This document shows, piece by piece, positions 1 through 8,665 of a DNA stretch of 64,000 nt. Below the pieces are notes generated by a model. It saw only the letters and a program-made list of their open reading frames with translations, ran no database searches and had not been told where the DNA came from. Both the position numbers and the translations under genes were made by a program. Source of the stretch: Phycisphaerae bacterium. Lineage in GTDB: Bacteria; Planctomycetota; Phycisphaerae; FEN-1346. The stretch lies in contig DATLBA010000122.1 in NCBI GenBank assembly GCA_035527275.1, positions 19,764 to 83,763 of the forward strand. The letters are read 5' to 3'. Within the stretch, counting starts at the first letter, position 1, and each line of letters opens with the position of its first letter.

Positions 1-13
1 GCCGGGAGTCGCG

Positions 14-52
14 TACTACTCTGCGAAGCAGCGCTTCGCTGCGAAGCACGAG
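14..52. repeat. 39-bp element built from GCGAAGC / GCTTCGC / GCGAAGC 7-mers; an inverted copy lies at 10305..10343
   Basis: The reverse complement of 14..52 matches 10305..10343 at 38 of 39 positions. Each copy contains three GCGAAGC-type 7-mers in direct-inverted-direct order. Confidence 0.6.
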
Positions 53-146
53 TCGGTTTGTCCCCGTGCGAACCGGCGCGTCTCTGCTCTCAACACCCCC
101 CGAGAGCAACGGCAGGGGCCCTGTTTTTCTCGGGTGGGAAGGACCC

Positions 147-479
147 ATGACCGGAACGAGCAGCCGTAAGCAACTCTGGTGTGGACGCTGCGGGCGGGTG
201 GTCAAGGTCGGCGCCGAGGCCCTCGAAGTCCTGTGCCCGTGGTGTCTGGTGGATGGAGCGGCGGGGGCGAAGGATGAGAAGGAACCCATCCGAACCTGTC
301 CGGACTGTGAGGACGTGCCGCTCGGCCGGGGCGAAAGATGCTGTCGGACCTGCCGGTTGAAGCGGCGGCGAAAGACTCAAAACCGGTCCGGACGCAAGCG
401 GGCCGAAAAGCCCACGCGAATAAGGCCGTTTGCAGCCTCATGTGAAGGCTCTTTGGCTTATGCACACGACAAACGATAG
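147..479 (+). CDS. hypothetical zinc-ribbon protein (four CxxC pairs)
   Basis: ORF 66..479, with ATG at 147 preceded by GGGAAGGA. Cysteine pairs CGRC, CPWC, CPDC and CRTC are present. Confidence 0.35.
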   Translation: MTGTSSRKQLWCGRCGRVVKVGAEALEVLCPWCLVDGAAGAKDEKEPIRTCPDCEDVPLGRGERCCRTCRLKRRRKTQNRSGRKRAEKPTRIRPFAASCEGSLAYAHDKR

Positions 480-915
480 CAAACCGGGGCCACGGCCCCA
501 GGGGCGGATTAACTGTAGCGCGCGTCGCTCCTGCGCAAACGTGGAAGTAGCGCTGGCACAGGACGAGGTTCTTGTGGATGTGCCAATTTCCGTATTGCAA
601 TCTGATCCCGATGTTGCCAAGCGACTGAGGGGCGAAGTGGTTATATCGGGCCGAGTGCCTGAACATGCCCCGCGCACCCCGGCGTCTGCAAGCCTTCTGC
701 CTGACGGTACGCTTCGCATTTACGATGGAACGCATCGCATAGCCGGTGGGATCGTTCGCGGGGAATCGACATACCCAGTCAAAGTGCGGCTTGCCGCACC
801 ACGGGAAGATTACCCTGCCTCAGTTCTCGCCGACTACCCGGACCTTGCGCGGGTCGCCGCCGAGTGCGACGACTGCATGGGCCTCCCCGTTCCACTCCCA
901 AAGGAGAAGCCATGA
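460..915 (+). CDS. ParB/sulfiredoxin-like nuclease-domain protein
   Basis: ORF 430..915. VDVPISVL followed by a YDGTHRIAGG motif resembles the ParB N-terminal domain. The start is uncertain: ATG at 460 or GTG at 541. Confidence 0.4.
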   Translation: MHTTNDSKPGPRPQGRINCSARRSCANVEVALAQDEVLVDVPISVLQSDPDVAKRLRGEVVISGRVPEHAPRTPASASLLPDGTLRIYDGTHRIAGGIVRGESTYPVKVRLAAPREDYPASVLADYPDLARVAAECDDCMGLPVPLPKEKP

Positions 916-1571
916 AAGACCGAGTGCCAATCGGACCGCTCACCTGCCTTTGGATCCGCTCCGGGCGTCCGCCGTGGCTGGTCTTGATCCTGGCATTACT
1001 CGCTCTCGTTGCTGCGGTGGTCTTTGCTTTTGTTTCTGGCTGTGAGCGCGAGGCGGAGGGGTCCGAACACGAAATGTTGCGGGGTGGTGTAAGGGTAACA
1101 CACCGGGTTCATTCCCCGGAAGCCGCCGGTTCGACTCCGGCCCCCGCTACCATTTTCGTGCCCCCCCCTGCCCCGTTCTGGCGCGCGACGATTCATCACA
1201 CCGGGACGCCGCCGGAGAATCCGGCCACCCGCGTCCGCTCCATCGACGCCGACCACCGCTCGCGCAAATGGGACGGCATCGGCTACCATCTTCTGGTCGC
1301 CGAGGACGGCGGGGTCTATTTCGGCCGGCCGCTCTCGCACCAAGGGGCGCACGTCCTTCACGAGAACGAGGGGAACCTCGGGATCGCATTGATCGGGAAC
1401 TACTCGGACCACACCCCGCCCGAAGCGGCGCTTGCCTCCGTCCGGCGGCTCCTGGCCTGGGCGTTCGAGACGTGGGGCTTTGGGCCGGAGGCGGTCTATT
1501 TTCACAAGGAACTTGCGGCGACGGCGTGTCCGGGTGCGTGGGACAAGGCAAAACTTGGAAAGGAAAAATGA
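912..1571 (+). CDS. N-acetylmuramoyl-L-alanine amidase (PGRP/amidase_2, T7-lysozyme-like), probable endolysin, with a lipoprotein-type signal peptide if the 912 start is real
   Basis: Residues from IHHTGTPP to ACPGAWDK align with the T7 lysozyme / amidase_2 fold. A strong RBS (AAGGAGAAGCC) sits before ATG 912. The N-terminus (WLVLILALLALVAAVVFAFVSGC) looks like a signal peptide with a lipobox. The ORF reads in frame through the tRNA-like sequence at 1078..1152, so an alternative start at GTG 1158 (no clear RBS) is possible. Confidence 0.5.
   Translation: MKDRVPIGPLTCLWIRSGRPPWLVLILALLALVAAVVFAFVSGCEREAEGSEHEMLRGGVRVTHRVHSPEAAGSTPAPATIFVPPPAPFWRATIHHTGTPPENPATRVRSIDADHRSRKWDGIGYHLLVAEDGGVYFGRPLSHQGAHVLHENEGNLGIALIGNYSDHTPPEAALASVRRLLAWAFETWGFGPEAVYFHKELAATACPGAWDKAKLGKEK
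1078..1152 (+). tRNA. tRNA-Met (anticodon CAT), initiator (fMet)-like
   Basis: A 75-nt cloverleaf is present. The acceptor stem is TGCGGGG/CCCCGCT with a 1:72 mismatch, A73 and 3'-CCA. The D-arm is GTGT-AAGGGTA-ACAC. The anticodon stem CCGGG/CCCGG carries three G:C pairs, the loop is TTCATTC and the anticodon is CAT. The T-arm is GCCGG-TTCGACT-CCGGC. The 5' and 3' ends resemble E. coli tRNA-fMet (CGCGGGGTGG...GGTTCAAATCCGGCCCCCGCAACCA). Position 37 is U, which is atypical. Confidence 0.65.
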
Positions 1572-1572
1572 A

Positions 1573-2088
1573 ATGGCGGAGCGACGAGTCGTCAAGGTGA
1601 AGGACAGGAAGGGCAAGATTGAGGTCGCCTACGAGTTGGAGCGGACCGGCGATGATCCGGACCAAGTGACGGTGAGGTGCGGCGATGCGCCGCACCCGGA
1701 GTTCCGCAAAGCGCTCGATGATCTGCGGCCGCACGTCGCCGAGATCTGTGAACTGTCGAAGGCCTGGAGCCAAAATCTGGACATCTGCGGCGTCTCGCTT
1801 TCCTACGCCGAGGACGCCAACGGCGACCCGGTGCTGGGCGCGACGATCACGGCAATGAAACCTCTGGGCGCAAGTCACGGTCCGTTGGTCATCAATACGC
1901 CGCACAAACCCGAGCGGCCGTATTCCGGCCAGGGCGACGACAGCGAAGAATTCTGTCTGTCGGGCGAGTGCGCCGAAGTCCTCGAGGAGGTGATCCGCCA
2001 GGCCCTCGCCTACGTTGATGGCCGGCGTGCCCAGGGCATGTTCGGTTTTGCGGCAGAAGAACCCGAAGCGGTCGGCGCGAAAGGCTGA
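1573..2088 (+). CDS. hypothetical phage protein
   Basis: ORF 1432..2088. ATG at 1573 follows GGAAAGGAAAAA and sits next to the amidase stop. Confidence 0.45.
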   Translation: MAERRVVKVKDRKGKIEVAYELERTGDDPDQVTVRCGDAPHPEFRKALDDLRPHVAEICELSKAWSQNLDICGVSLSYAEDANGDPVLGATITAMKPLGASHGPLVINTPHKPERPYSGQGDDSEEFCLSGECAEVLEEVIRQALAYVDGRRAQGMFGFAAEEPEAVGAKG

Positions 2089-2091
2089 GGC

Positions 2092-2406
2092 GTGACACCG
2101 ACAAACGGAGAGCGAAACCCGCATACCTTTCCCCGGCCCGGCTCGGCCGAAGGAGACTGGACGGCCGAACGGTTGGCGGAAATCGGGCGGCTGATCGAGG
2201 CCCATGAACGCGAAGGCACGCGCAAAAACCATTCGGCGGGCGTCGAGATGCTCGCGATTTTGCGACGCCGGACCGCACGGGTGCGGCGACTCTTGCTTGT
2301 CGGTCTCGCTCCCGACAAGTCAAAACTCGGCGTCCGCCGGATACCGATTGTGCCGTGCCCGATGGCGCGAAGGAAGGGAGGACAAGATGCCACGCGCGTC
2401 GGATGA
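2092..2406 (+). CDS. hypothetical protein
   Basis: ORF with a GTG start. Coding potential is weak and it overlaps the next gene by 20 nt. Confidence 0.25.
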   Translation: MTPTNGERNPHTFPRPGSAEGDWTAERLAEIGRLIEAHEREGTRKNHSAGVEMLAILRRRTARVRRLLLVGLAPDKSKLGVRRIPIVPCPMARRKGGQDATRVG

Positions 2407-2665
2407 AGCGATTGCACGGGGGGCTGAACTTGCCCGGCTCGAAAAGGTGGCGATGCACTATCTGAACAGGGCCAAACTCGCCATGTTGCGACTCCGGACC
2501 CGCGAGGCGCAGGCACAGGCGCGCCTTGCCGTGACGGCGATCGACGAGTTGGAGGCGTTTCTTAAGGCGGCGGAGGAGCGGGGGGAGAGGCGGATTAGGC
2601 TGGCGCCCGACCTTGACGCCGCCTGGCGTGGTATGCCAGACGACGACGACGGGGGCGGGCCTTGA
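2387..2665 (+). CDS. hypothetical coiled-coil protein
   Basis: ATG at 2387 after GAAGGGAGGACAAG, inside ORF 2204..2665. Confidence 0.4.
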   Translation: MPRASDEAIARGAELARLEKVAMHYLNRAKLAMLRLRTREAQAQARLAVTAIDELEAFLKAAEERGERRIRLAPDLDAAWRGMPDDDDGGGP

Positions 2666-2701
2666 GGCGGTGGAAAAGGTAATCGAAAAGGCGGAAGCAA
2701 G

Positions 2702-3103
2702 GTGAGTTTCGAGGCGAAAGAAATTCTCGGCAGGTTGCCGGCCGGCGCGAGGGACGCCGTAGAGGCGCAGTTGGGGCCGCGGCGAAAGCCGGCCGGACGC
2801 CGGAAGTACGGCAACGAGCCGACCTATGTGGATGGCGTCCGATTCGACAGCAAGAAAGAGGCCGCACGATACACGACGTTGCGGGTGCTGATGCGGGCGG
2901 GCGTGGTGAAATGGTTCGCCCGCCAGTGCCGCTTCGTCCTGCCCGGCGGCGTCGAGTATGTGTGCGACTTCATCGTCCACTGGCACGACGGTCGGATAAC
3001 GGTCGAGGACGTCAAGGGCGGCAAGGGGACTCAGACGAAAGTCTATCGCCTCAAGAAGCGCCAGGTGGAGGCGCTTTACGGTATCACAGTCGAGGAACTC
3101 TAG
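2702..3103 (+). CDS. DUF1064-family protein (PD-(D/E)XK-like nuclease / resolvase-like)
   Basis: KYGNEPTYVDGVRFDSKKEAARYTTL...CDFIVHWHDGRITVEDVKGGKGTQTKVYRLKKRQVEALYG matches the DUF1064 pattern. GTG start after GAAAAGGCGGAAG. Confidence 0.5.
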   Translation: MSFEAKEILGRLPAGARDAVEAQLGPRRKPAGRRKYGNEPTYVDGVRFDSKKEAARYTTLRVLMRAGVVKWFARQCRFVLPGGVEYVCDFIVHWHDGRITVEDVKGGKGTQTKVYRLKKRQVEALYGITVEEL

Positions 3104-3110
3104 GTCGGAA

Positions 3111-3542
3111 ATGACAAGGGCCCATCCAACTCGCAAGCCCATCACGGATCCGAATCAGTTGGAGCCAGCCCACCGGGCGCTGGTGGCTCTTTTGAAAGGC
3201 ACATGCTTCGGCGCCGATGCGGCCAGGCCCGAACGGGTCATTCGGCGGATGATGGCCGAGCGGGGGTTCCCGACAACGCTGCGGCGCCTTTTCTATCTCG
3301 TCGGCGACCTTCGTTGCTGCCACTTCTTCGTCGGGAGTGGCACGGCCGGTTATTTCTGGCCCGCGACGCGCGAGGAGTTCGCGGCGGCGATCGGGTTTCA
3401 CGCCTCACGCTTCGAGAAACTAAGGCAAGTCAATATGGCGATGAAATCGGCGATCGGACTCTGGCGGGCCGAGCCGCACCCGGCAGTTGACGGGACACAG
3501 GGGCAGTTGTTCGCGAACGCGGCGGCGGGCAGCCGCCCATAA
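3111..3542 (+). CDS. hypothetical phage protein
   Basis: 143-aa ORF in the coding strand and context of the early region. Confidence 0.45.
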   Translation: MTRAHPTRKPITDPNQLEPAHRALVALLKGTCFGADAARPERVIRRMMAERGFPTTLRRLFYLVGDLRCCHFFVGSGTAGYFWPATREEFAAAIGFHASRFEKLRQVNMAMKSAIGLWRAEPHPAVDGTQGQLFANAAAGSRP

Positions 3543-3558
3543 AAGGAAAGGGGCAGTC

Positions 3559-5196
3559 ATGGCGAAAAGAAAGAAGGTGAAGGTGCAGAAACCGAGGGTG
3601 ACGACGGAATCGTTTCTCCTCGAGGAGGTTTCCGTTGCGGCGATCAAGCCCGACGGAAACCACCGGGAGGACGTCGGCGACATCAAGGCCCTGGCCGAGT
3701 CGATCCGCCGGCAAGGGCTCCTGCAACCCGTCGTCGTGTTCAGGCGCGACGTGCGGGAACACGTGGCCTCTTACATTCTCGCGGCCGGACAGCGGCGCCT
3801 GGCGGCCGTCAAGCGGCTCGGCTGGCTGCGGATTCCGGCGCGGGTGTTTCCTGCCGCGAGTGCCGAGGTCCGAACGGCCGTCTCGGCCATCGAGAATCTC
3901 GACCGCCGGGATCTCACCCCGGTCGAGGAGGCGCTGGCCGTGGCGCGGTTGGCCGAACACCTTGGCGTCAAGCCGAAAGACCTCGAGCGCGGGGCCGGCG
4001 ACTCCGCGGCCCTCGAGAAAGCGGCCGCGATGCTCGGCCGTAGCGTGCCGTGGGTGCGCCAGCGCGGGGCCCTTCTCCGTTTGTGTCCGGGGGTCCGCGC
4101 CCTCGTGGCAGCCGGCCGGCTGCCGCTCGCGCAGGCGCGGGAGATCGCGAAACTGGCCTCGGCGAGCATACAGTCCGACGTCGCCGGCGGGGCGATCAGA
4201 GAATACCATAGGGATCCCCGCAGCGTCGCGAAGGAAGATCCGGCCAACAGCGACGTCCACGTGGATAGTGTGAGGATCGTCCGAGCGGCGGTCGCCGAGA
4301 TGCTCGACACGCTTCGCGGCGTGCCCTGGAAGGCGGACGTTGCGTTTGCTGGACGCCCGGCTTGCGGCCCTTGCCCCGACAACTCGGCGAACAGTCTCCT
4401 CTTTGGACTGGACCCGGCGGACACGACGGACCCGGCGCCCGAGGCCCGGTGTCTCAACGCGACATGCTACCGGCGAAAGATGGTCGCGGCCGAGGAGGCG
4501 CTTGCCGTGACGGCGAAGAAGTTGGCGAAGGAGAAGGGCGTCAGGGCGACGGTCGCGGGCGTCCGCGATCGGTCGCCGGATTGTCTGAAGCCGGCGAAGG
4601 TGGCGCGGGAACTCGAGCGGGCGCGGGGAACAAAATCAAAACAGAAGGGCGGCCAGGACAGCCGGGAAAAAGTGTCAGTCCCGTGGGACAAGCAACCAGA
4701 GGGAAAACTTTACGCGGCCGAGGATAAGTGGACGAGGACGTGCAAGCAGTTGATCGCGAAGGCCCTCACGGCCAAGCCCTTCGGAGTCGCTTGTCTCTTT
4801 ACGGCAATCGAGACGACGACCTGGTGCCGGCACATCTCGTGGGGCCCACCGAAGAAAGAGGCCTTGGCGAAGGTGCGGCCGCTCCTGAAGCACGTCGCGT
4901 CGGGCCAGGCGGCGGACTTGACGGCCTTGCTCGCTGACGTGAACGCCGAGCGGATCTTTGATGGCGGTGGTGGTAGTTGGGGCTTTTGGGCGACCCGCCA
5001 CTTGGGCGGGCTCCTGAATGTGGACCTGCCCGCTGAACCGAAACTCGAGGACTTCCTGCCGAAGCCGAAAGCGGCGAAGCCGGAGCCAGCGAAGCCGAAG
5101 GCCGCGAAGCCCGAAACGAAAAAGGCCGCGAAGCCGAAGGCGAAAAAGGGCCGGGGCGCGCTCGTTCGCGCCAGGCTTCGAGGGCGCAAGGCGTGA
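3559..5196 (+). CDS. ParB-like N-terminal-domain protein with a C-terminal Lys/Pro/Ala-repeat tail
   Basis: ATG 3559 after AAAGGAAAGGGG. IKPDGNHREDVGDIKALAESIRRQGLLQPVVV...YILAAGQRRLAA is the ParB N-terminal motif region. The C-terminus carries KPKAAKPEPAKPKAAKPETKKAAKPKAKK repeats. Confidence 0.65.
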   Translation: MAKRKKVKVQKPRVTTESFLLEEVSVAAIKPDGNHREDVGDIKALAESIRRQGLLQPVVVFRRDVREHVASYILAAGQRRLAAVKRLGWLRIPARVFPAASAEVRTAVSAIENLDRRDLTPVEEALAVARLAEHLGVKPKDLERGAGDSAALEKAAAMLGRSVPWVRQRGALLRLCPGVRALVAAGRLPLAQAREIAKLASASIQSDVAGGAIREYHRDPRSVAKEDPANSDVHVDSVRIVRAAVAEMLDTLRGVPWKADVAFAGRPACGPCPDNSANSLLFGLDPADTTDPAPEARCLNATCYRRKMVAAEEALAVTAKKLAKEKGVRATVAGVRDRSPDCLKPAKVARELERARGTKSKQKGGQDSREKVSVPWDKQPEGKLYAAEDKWTRTCKQLIAKALTAKPFGVACLFTAIETTTWCRHISWGPPKKEALAKVRPLLKHVASGQAADLTALLADVNAERIFDGGGGSWGFWATRHLGGLLNVDLPAEPKLEDFLPKPKAAKPEPAKPKAAKPETKKAAKPKAKKGRGALVRARLRGRKA

Positions 5197-5212
5197 ACGT
5201 TTAGGGAGTGAG

Positions 5213-6118
5213 ATGGCGAGCAAACCGGCAAAACTCGGCGGCATCGTTCCCTGGGCCGGGGCGAAGCGGACCCTCGCGCCACTCATCGTTCAGGAACTCG
5301 GCCGTCATCTTTGCTACCACGAGCCGTTCTGCGGTTCGATGGCAGTGCTCCTCGCCAAGCCGCCCGTCCACATGGAGGCCGTGAATGACCTGCATGGCGA
5401 TCTCATCAACCTCGCCAGGGTGCTCCAGGACGAACGTCGGGGTCCGAAACTCTACCGACGACTCCGGCGGACCTTCTTCGCGGAGGAGTTGTTTGAGAAG
5501 TCGGCCGACTGGATGCGGATGGTGGCACCGTGCACCATCGCGGACAAACCGGATGCTAGACGGGCCTACCACTACTGGGTGGTCTCGTGGATGGGACGCA
5601 ACGGCGTCGCGGGCACGCCCGCCTACAACCGAAACTTTTGCGCCCGGTTCACCTACGGGGGCGGGAATCCGGCAGTCCGATTCTCGAACGCGGTCGCCTG
5701 CATCCCGGCTTGGCGACGTCGCCTGAGGCGCGTGGCGATCTATCGCATGGACGCCTTCGATTACTTGGATCGGATCGCCGACGAGCAGGGCACGGTCATC
5801 TATGCGGATCCGCCCTACTTCTCGAAGGGGTTCCTCTACGTCCACGACTTCGATGATGCGGCCCACGAGCGGCTGGCAGAGGCTCTCGGGCGCTTCCGCA
5901 AGACGCGGGTAGTCGTCTCCTACTATGAGCACCCGCGGCTTGAGAAACTTTACGCCGGATGGACGCGGCGGAGCCTAGCCTGCCCGAAAAGGCTGGGCCT
6001 TGCCGCTGGCCGAGGGAGTCGGGGCCCAAGCAACGCTCCGGAACTACTCCTTATCAACGGACCGAGTTTCGCGGCGGCCGACGACGCGCCGCTATTCGCT
6101 CAGCAGGGGGCCTCGTGA
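5213..6118 (+). CDS. dam: DNA adenine methyltransferase (Dam-family, N6-adenine)
   Basis: N-terminal PWAGAKR and the catalytic DPPY motif (VIYADPPYF) are present. ATG 5213 after GGGAG. Confidence 0.75.
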   Translation: MASKPAKLGGIVPWAGAKRTLAPLIVQELGRHLCYHEPFCGSMAVLLAKPPVHMEAVNDLHGDLINLARVLQDERRGPKLYRRLRRTFFAEELFEKSADWMRMVAPCTIADKPDARRAYHYWVVSWMGRNGVAGTPAYNRNFCARFTYGGGNPAVRFSNAVACIPAWRRRLRRVAIYRMDAFDYLDRIADEQGTVIYADPPYFSKGFLYVHDFDDAAHERLAEALGRFRKTRVVVSYYEHPRLEKLYAGWTRRSLACPKRLGLAAGRGSRGPSNAPELLLINGPSFAAADDAPLFAQQGAS

Positions 6119-7182
6119 CCAAGAACCGCACAAAGAAGTCGCGACAGAAGGCTCCGGCCCCCAAGTCCGACGTTGGGGGGTCACAAAGGGGGTCTCCCCC
6201 TTCGGCTTCCTTTGCCAAGGCGCCCCTGGCGCTCCTGGCCCGGCAGGATCTCACGCCGGCCGAAAAACTGGTGGCGATCGTGCTGGAGGATCTCCGGGCG
6301 TTTTCAGGGCGGCGGCCGACGCAGCGGGCCTTGGCCGAGGCGACGGGGCTGGGCGAACGAACCGTCCGGCGGATCTTAGGGCGGCTCAAAAAAGCGGCCA
6401 AAATGGCCGCCTTGAAGGGAGAAAAAAAGCGGCCAAAATGGCCGCCTCAACCGGACAATTTGGCCGGTCCCTTAACCTTTAAGCAGACAATTCAGACAAA
6501 GAAGAGAAAGAAACGGCCTTCCCCTCTCCCCTTGACGAATTCGGGAACGGAAAAAACGGCGCCCGGCCCGCAAGGGCTGTCGGCGAGCGTGGCGATTCTG
6601 GCGGCGAAAATGGCGGAGGGCGCAGGCCGGCAATGGGGCATCGGGCGGGTCAGGGCGGCGGTGGAGGATGACCTGAGGCACGATCGGTATAACCGGGCGG
6701 CTCTGGAAATGTACTTGGCGGCCACCGGGCCCATCGCCGCCCCGCCCTGGAAGTTGGCCGACGACATCCGGGCGGCCCTCGAGGCGAAGGGGGGGGCCGA
6801 CTTTCGCGAGCGGATCCGACAGATCCGGATCGAAGGTCTGACGGACGTCCGCCGGGAAAGCGACGGGCGGCGATGGCGCGTGCGATATCCGGACGAGCGC
6901 GCGGGACTGCTCATCCTTGAGTCGGTGGTCGAACCGCCGCGTCGGCCGACGCTGGCGGATTTGGAGCGGGAACGGGAAGGTTGGAAGTTTGACCGGCGGG
7001 CCGCCGGGTCCCGCACACTGGAGCGGCGGATCGCCGCGCTTCGCGCCGGCCTGCCCGACCCGGACCCGCCAAGAGCGCCGGAGCCGGAAAAGATAGAAAT
7101 CCGCCAGCCCAAGGATCTGGCGGGCTGGACGTTCCGGCCCGATCATCCGACGCTGTTTTCCCTTGAGGGGGGCAGGCCGTGA
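6115..7182 (+). CDS. HTH-domain protein, putative replication initiator (O-like)
   Basis: GTG 6115 overlaps the dam stop (GTGA). An HTH segment (PTQRALAEATGLGERTVRRILGRL) is present. Tandem iteron-like repeats lie inside the gene at 6389..6446. Confidence 0.45.
   Translation: MTKNRTKKSRQKAPAPKSDVGGSQRGSPPSASFAKAPLALLARQDLTPAEKLVAIVLEDLRAFSGRRPTQRALAEATGLGERTVRRILGRLKKAAKMAALKGEKKRPKWPPQPDNLAGPLTFKQTIQTKKRKKRPSPLPLTNSGTEKTAPGPQGLSASVAILAAKMAEGAGRQWGIGRVRAAVEDDLRHDRYNRAALEMYLAATGPIAAPPWKLADDIRAALEAKGGADFRERIRQIRIEGLTDVRRESDGRRWRVRYPDERAGLLILESVVEPPRRPTLADLEREREGWKFDRRAAGSRTLERRIAALRAGLPDPDPPRAPEPEKIEIRQPKDLAGWTFRPDHPTLFSLEGGRP
6389..6446. repeat. two identical 23-bp direct repeats (AAAAAGCGGCCAAAATGGCCGCC), each containing the palindrome GCGGCCA-AAA-TGGCCGC; candidate ori iterons
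   Basis: Copies at 6389..6411 and 6424..6446 are 23/23 identical with a 35-bp period, and lie within the putative initiator gene. Confidence 0.55.
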
Positions 7183-8033
7183 CGAGGATCCTGCGCGTGT
7201 TTCCGCGACGGACGAGCCACACTCCGACCGGCCCCCTGGTCGCGGTCGGTGAGCCGGGGCTATGGCTGCCGGAGCCTACCGACTTTGATGAGATTCACGT
7301 CTCGGTGACGTTTACGTGGGACGTCAGGCGAGCCGCTGGGCTTGCGGAAGCATGGGAGATGGCCTATCCGGGCAGGTCTGTCCTCGTCGGCGGACCGGCG
7401 GTGTGGTCGCCCTGTGATTCCTTCGTGCCGGGGCGCTACGTCTGTCCCGGCATCACCTACACCTCGCGCGGTTGTCCGAACCGATGTCCCTGGTGTCTTG
7501 TGCCGGACTGGGAGGGGCCGCTCTGGACGCTATCGGATGTGGCGTCGGGGAACGTCGTTCAGGACAACAACTTTCTCGCGTGCCCGCGGGGCCACCGGCG
7601 CAAGGTCTACGAAATGCTCCGAGACCAGGCGCAGGTCCGGTTCCAGGGAGGCCTCGAGGCGGGACGGCTGACGGCTTGGGATGTCGAGCGGATCCGGGGC
7701 CTTCGCCTCAAGGCGGTCTGGTTGGCCTGCGACACGCCGGAAGCGATCGGGCCGCTTCGTCGGGCGATTGGGCTCTTGGCGGGACTCGGCCGCGCGAAAC
7801 TTAGGTGCTACGTCCTAGCGCGCTTCGATCCGCAGGAAACGCCGGACGATGTTGAAGGGCGATGCCGCGAAGTGTGGGCGGCGGGCGCCATGCCCTTCGT
7901 CCAGATGTATCGCACGCATGGCGAGAAGCGCAAGCGGCGGTGGCCGGACGAATGGGCGCCGGTGATGCGCCGCTGGTCGCGGCCGGCGGCGACGAAGGCG
8001 CACATGCGGCAAGTGGGGTTGGTGGAACACTAA
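7179..8033 (+). CDS. radical-SAM-like protein (CxxxCxxC motif)
   Basis: The sequence TSRGCPNRCPWC contains the spacing C-x3-C-x2-C. GTG start overlaps the preceding stop. Confidence 0.4.
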   Translation: MTRILRVFPRRTSHTPTGPLVAVGEPGLWLPEPTDFDEIHVSVTFTWDVRRAAGLAEAWEMAYPGRSVLVGGPAVWSPCDSFVPGRYVCPGITYTSRGCPNRCPWCLVPDWEGPLWTLSDVASGNVVQDNNFLACPRGHRRKVYEMLRDQAQVRFQGGLEAGRLTAWDVERIRGLRLKAVWLACDTPEAIGPLRRAIGLLAGLGRAKLRCYVLARFDPQETPDDVEGRCREVWAAGAMPFVQMYRTHGEKRKRRWPDEWAPVMRRWSRPAATKAHMRQVGLVEH

Positions 8034-8050
8034 CCGGAAAGGGTCAAGAC

Positions 8051-8665
8051 ATGGACGCACGAGTATTGGAAATTGCAAGGGCGGCAGGGAAAGAGGACAG
8101 GAGGTACACACTGGCTGGCGTTCGCTTGCGGAAGAAGGGGCCCGGCGTTGTTGAGGCCGTCGCGTGTGACGGTCGGGTGCTCGTCGAGGTGAAAATGAAC
8201 GACGACAAGACCTTCGAGGAGGGGGAGCCCGCGGAGATCTTGATTCCGGCGGAGGCCTGTCGACGAGGCCTGCAAATTCTTGCCGCAGACAGGAGCGAAG
8301 ACCCAGGGAGCGGCCGGGATGCCATCGTTGAGGTGCGGGAAAACAAGAAGGCGGGAACCGTCATTCTCAAAGTCACCGACACCCATAAGCGCGTGACCGA
8401 AGTCCAGACAAGAGCCGCCAAGGGTAACTTCCCCAAAACGGAGGACATTTGGCCGAAAGACGAGCCCGCAATCACGGTGCGGTTTTGCACGAGTGACCTC
8501 ATCAAGGCGCTGTCGGTTCTGCTCGCCGCGGCGGGCGGTGCAGACAGCGACGGGGATCATGTGATGATGACCATCTACTCAGACAAGAAGCCGGTCCGTC
8601 TCAGTGCCGACACCGTCGAGGACGGATCTCCGGTTCGGGCACTCGTAACGACCGAGATGAAATGA
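8051..8665 (+). CDS. hypothetical protein, possibly sliding-clamp (DnaN)-like
   Basis: ATG 8051 after GGAAAGGG. The N-terminal pattern RYTLAGVRL...VEAVACDGRVLVEV resembles the beta-clamp domain I pattern. This call is weak. Confidence 0.35.
   Translation: MDARVLEIARAAGKEDRRYTLAGVRLRKKGPGVVEAVACDGRVLVEVKMNDDKTFEEGEPAEILIPAEACRRGLQILAADRSEDPGSGRDAIVEVRENKKAGTVILKVTDTHKRVTEVQTRAAKGNFPKTEDIWPKDEPAITVRFCTSDLIKALSVLLAAAGGADSDGDHVMMTIYSDKKPVRLSADTVEDGSPVRALVTTEMK

Noticed and set aside
202-735. Long antisense or overlapping ORFs throughout the window (for example 202..735 -, 1147..2232 -, 1892..3145 -, 10247..11563 -, 13964..15547 -, 23499..26471 -, 32316..34037 -, 37204..38394 +)
   Set aside because: These are typical shadow ORFs of a genome with about 67% GC. 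Their translations are Arg/Pro/Gly-rich with no motifs, and they overlap well-supported genes on the other strand.
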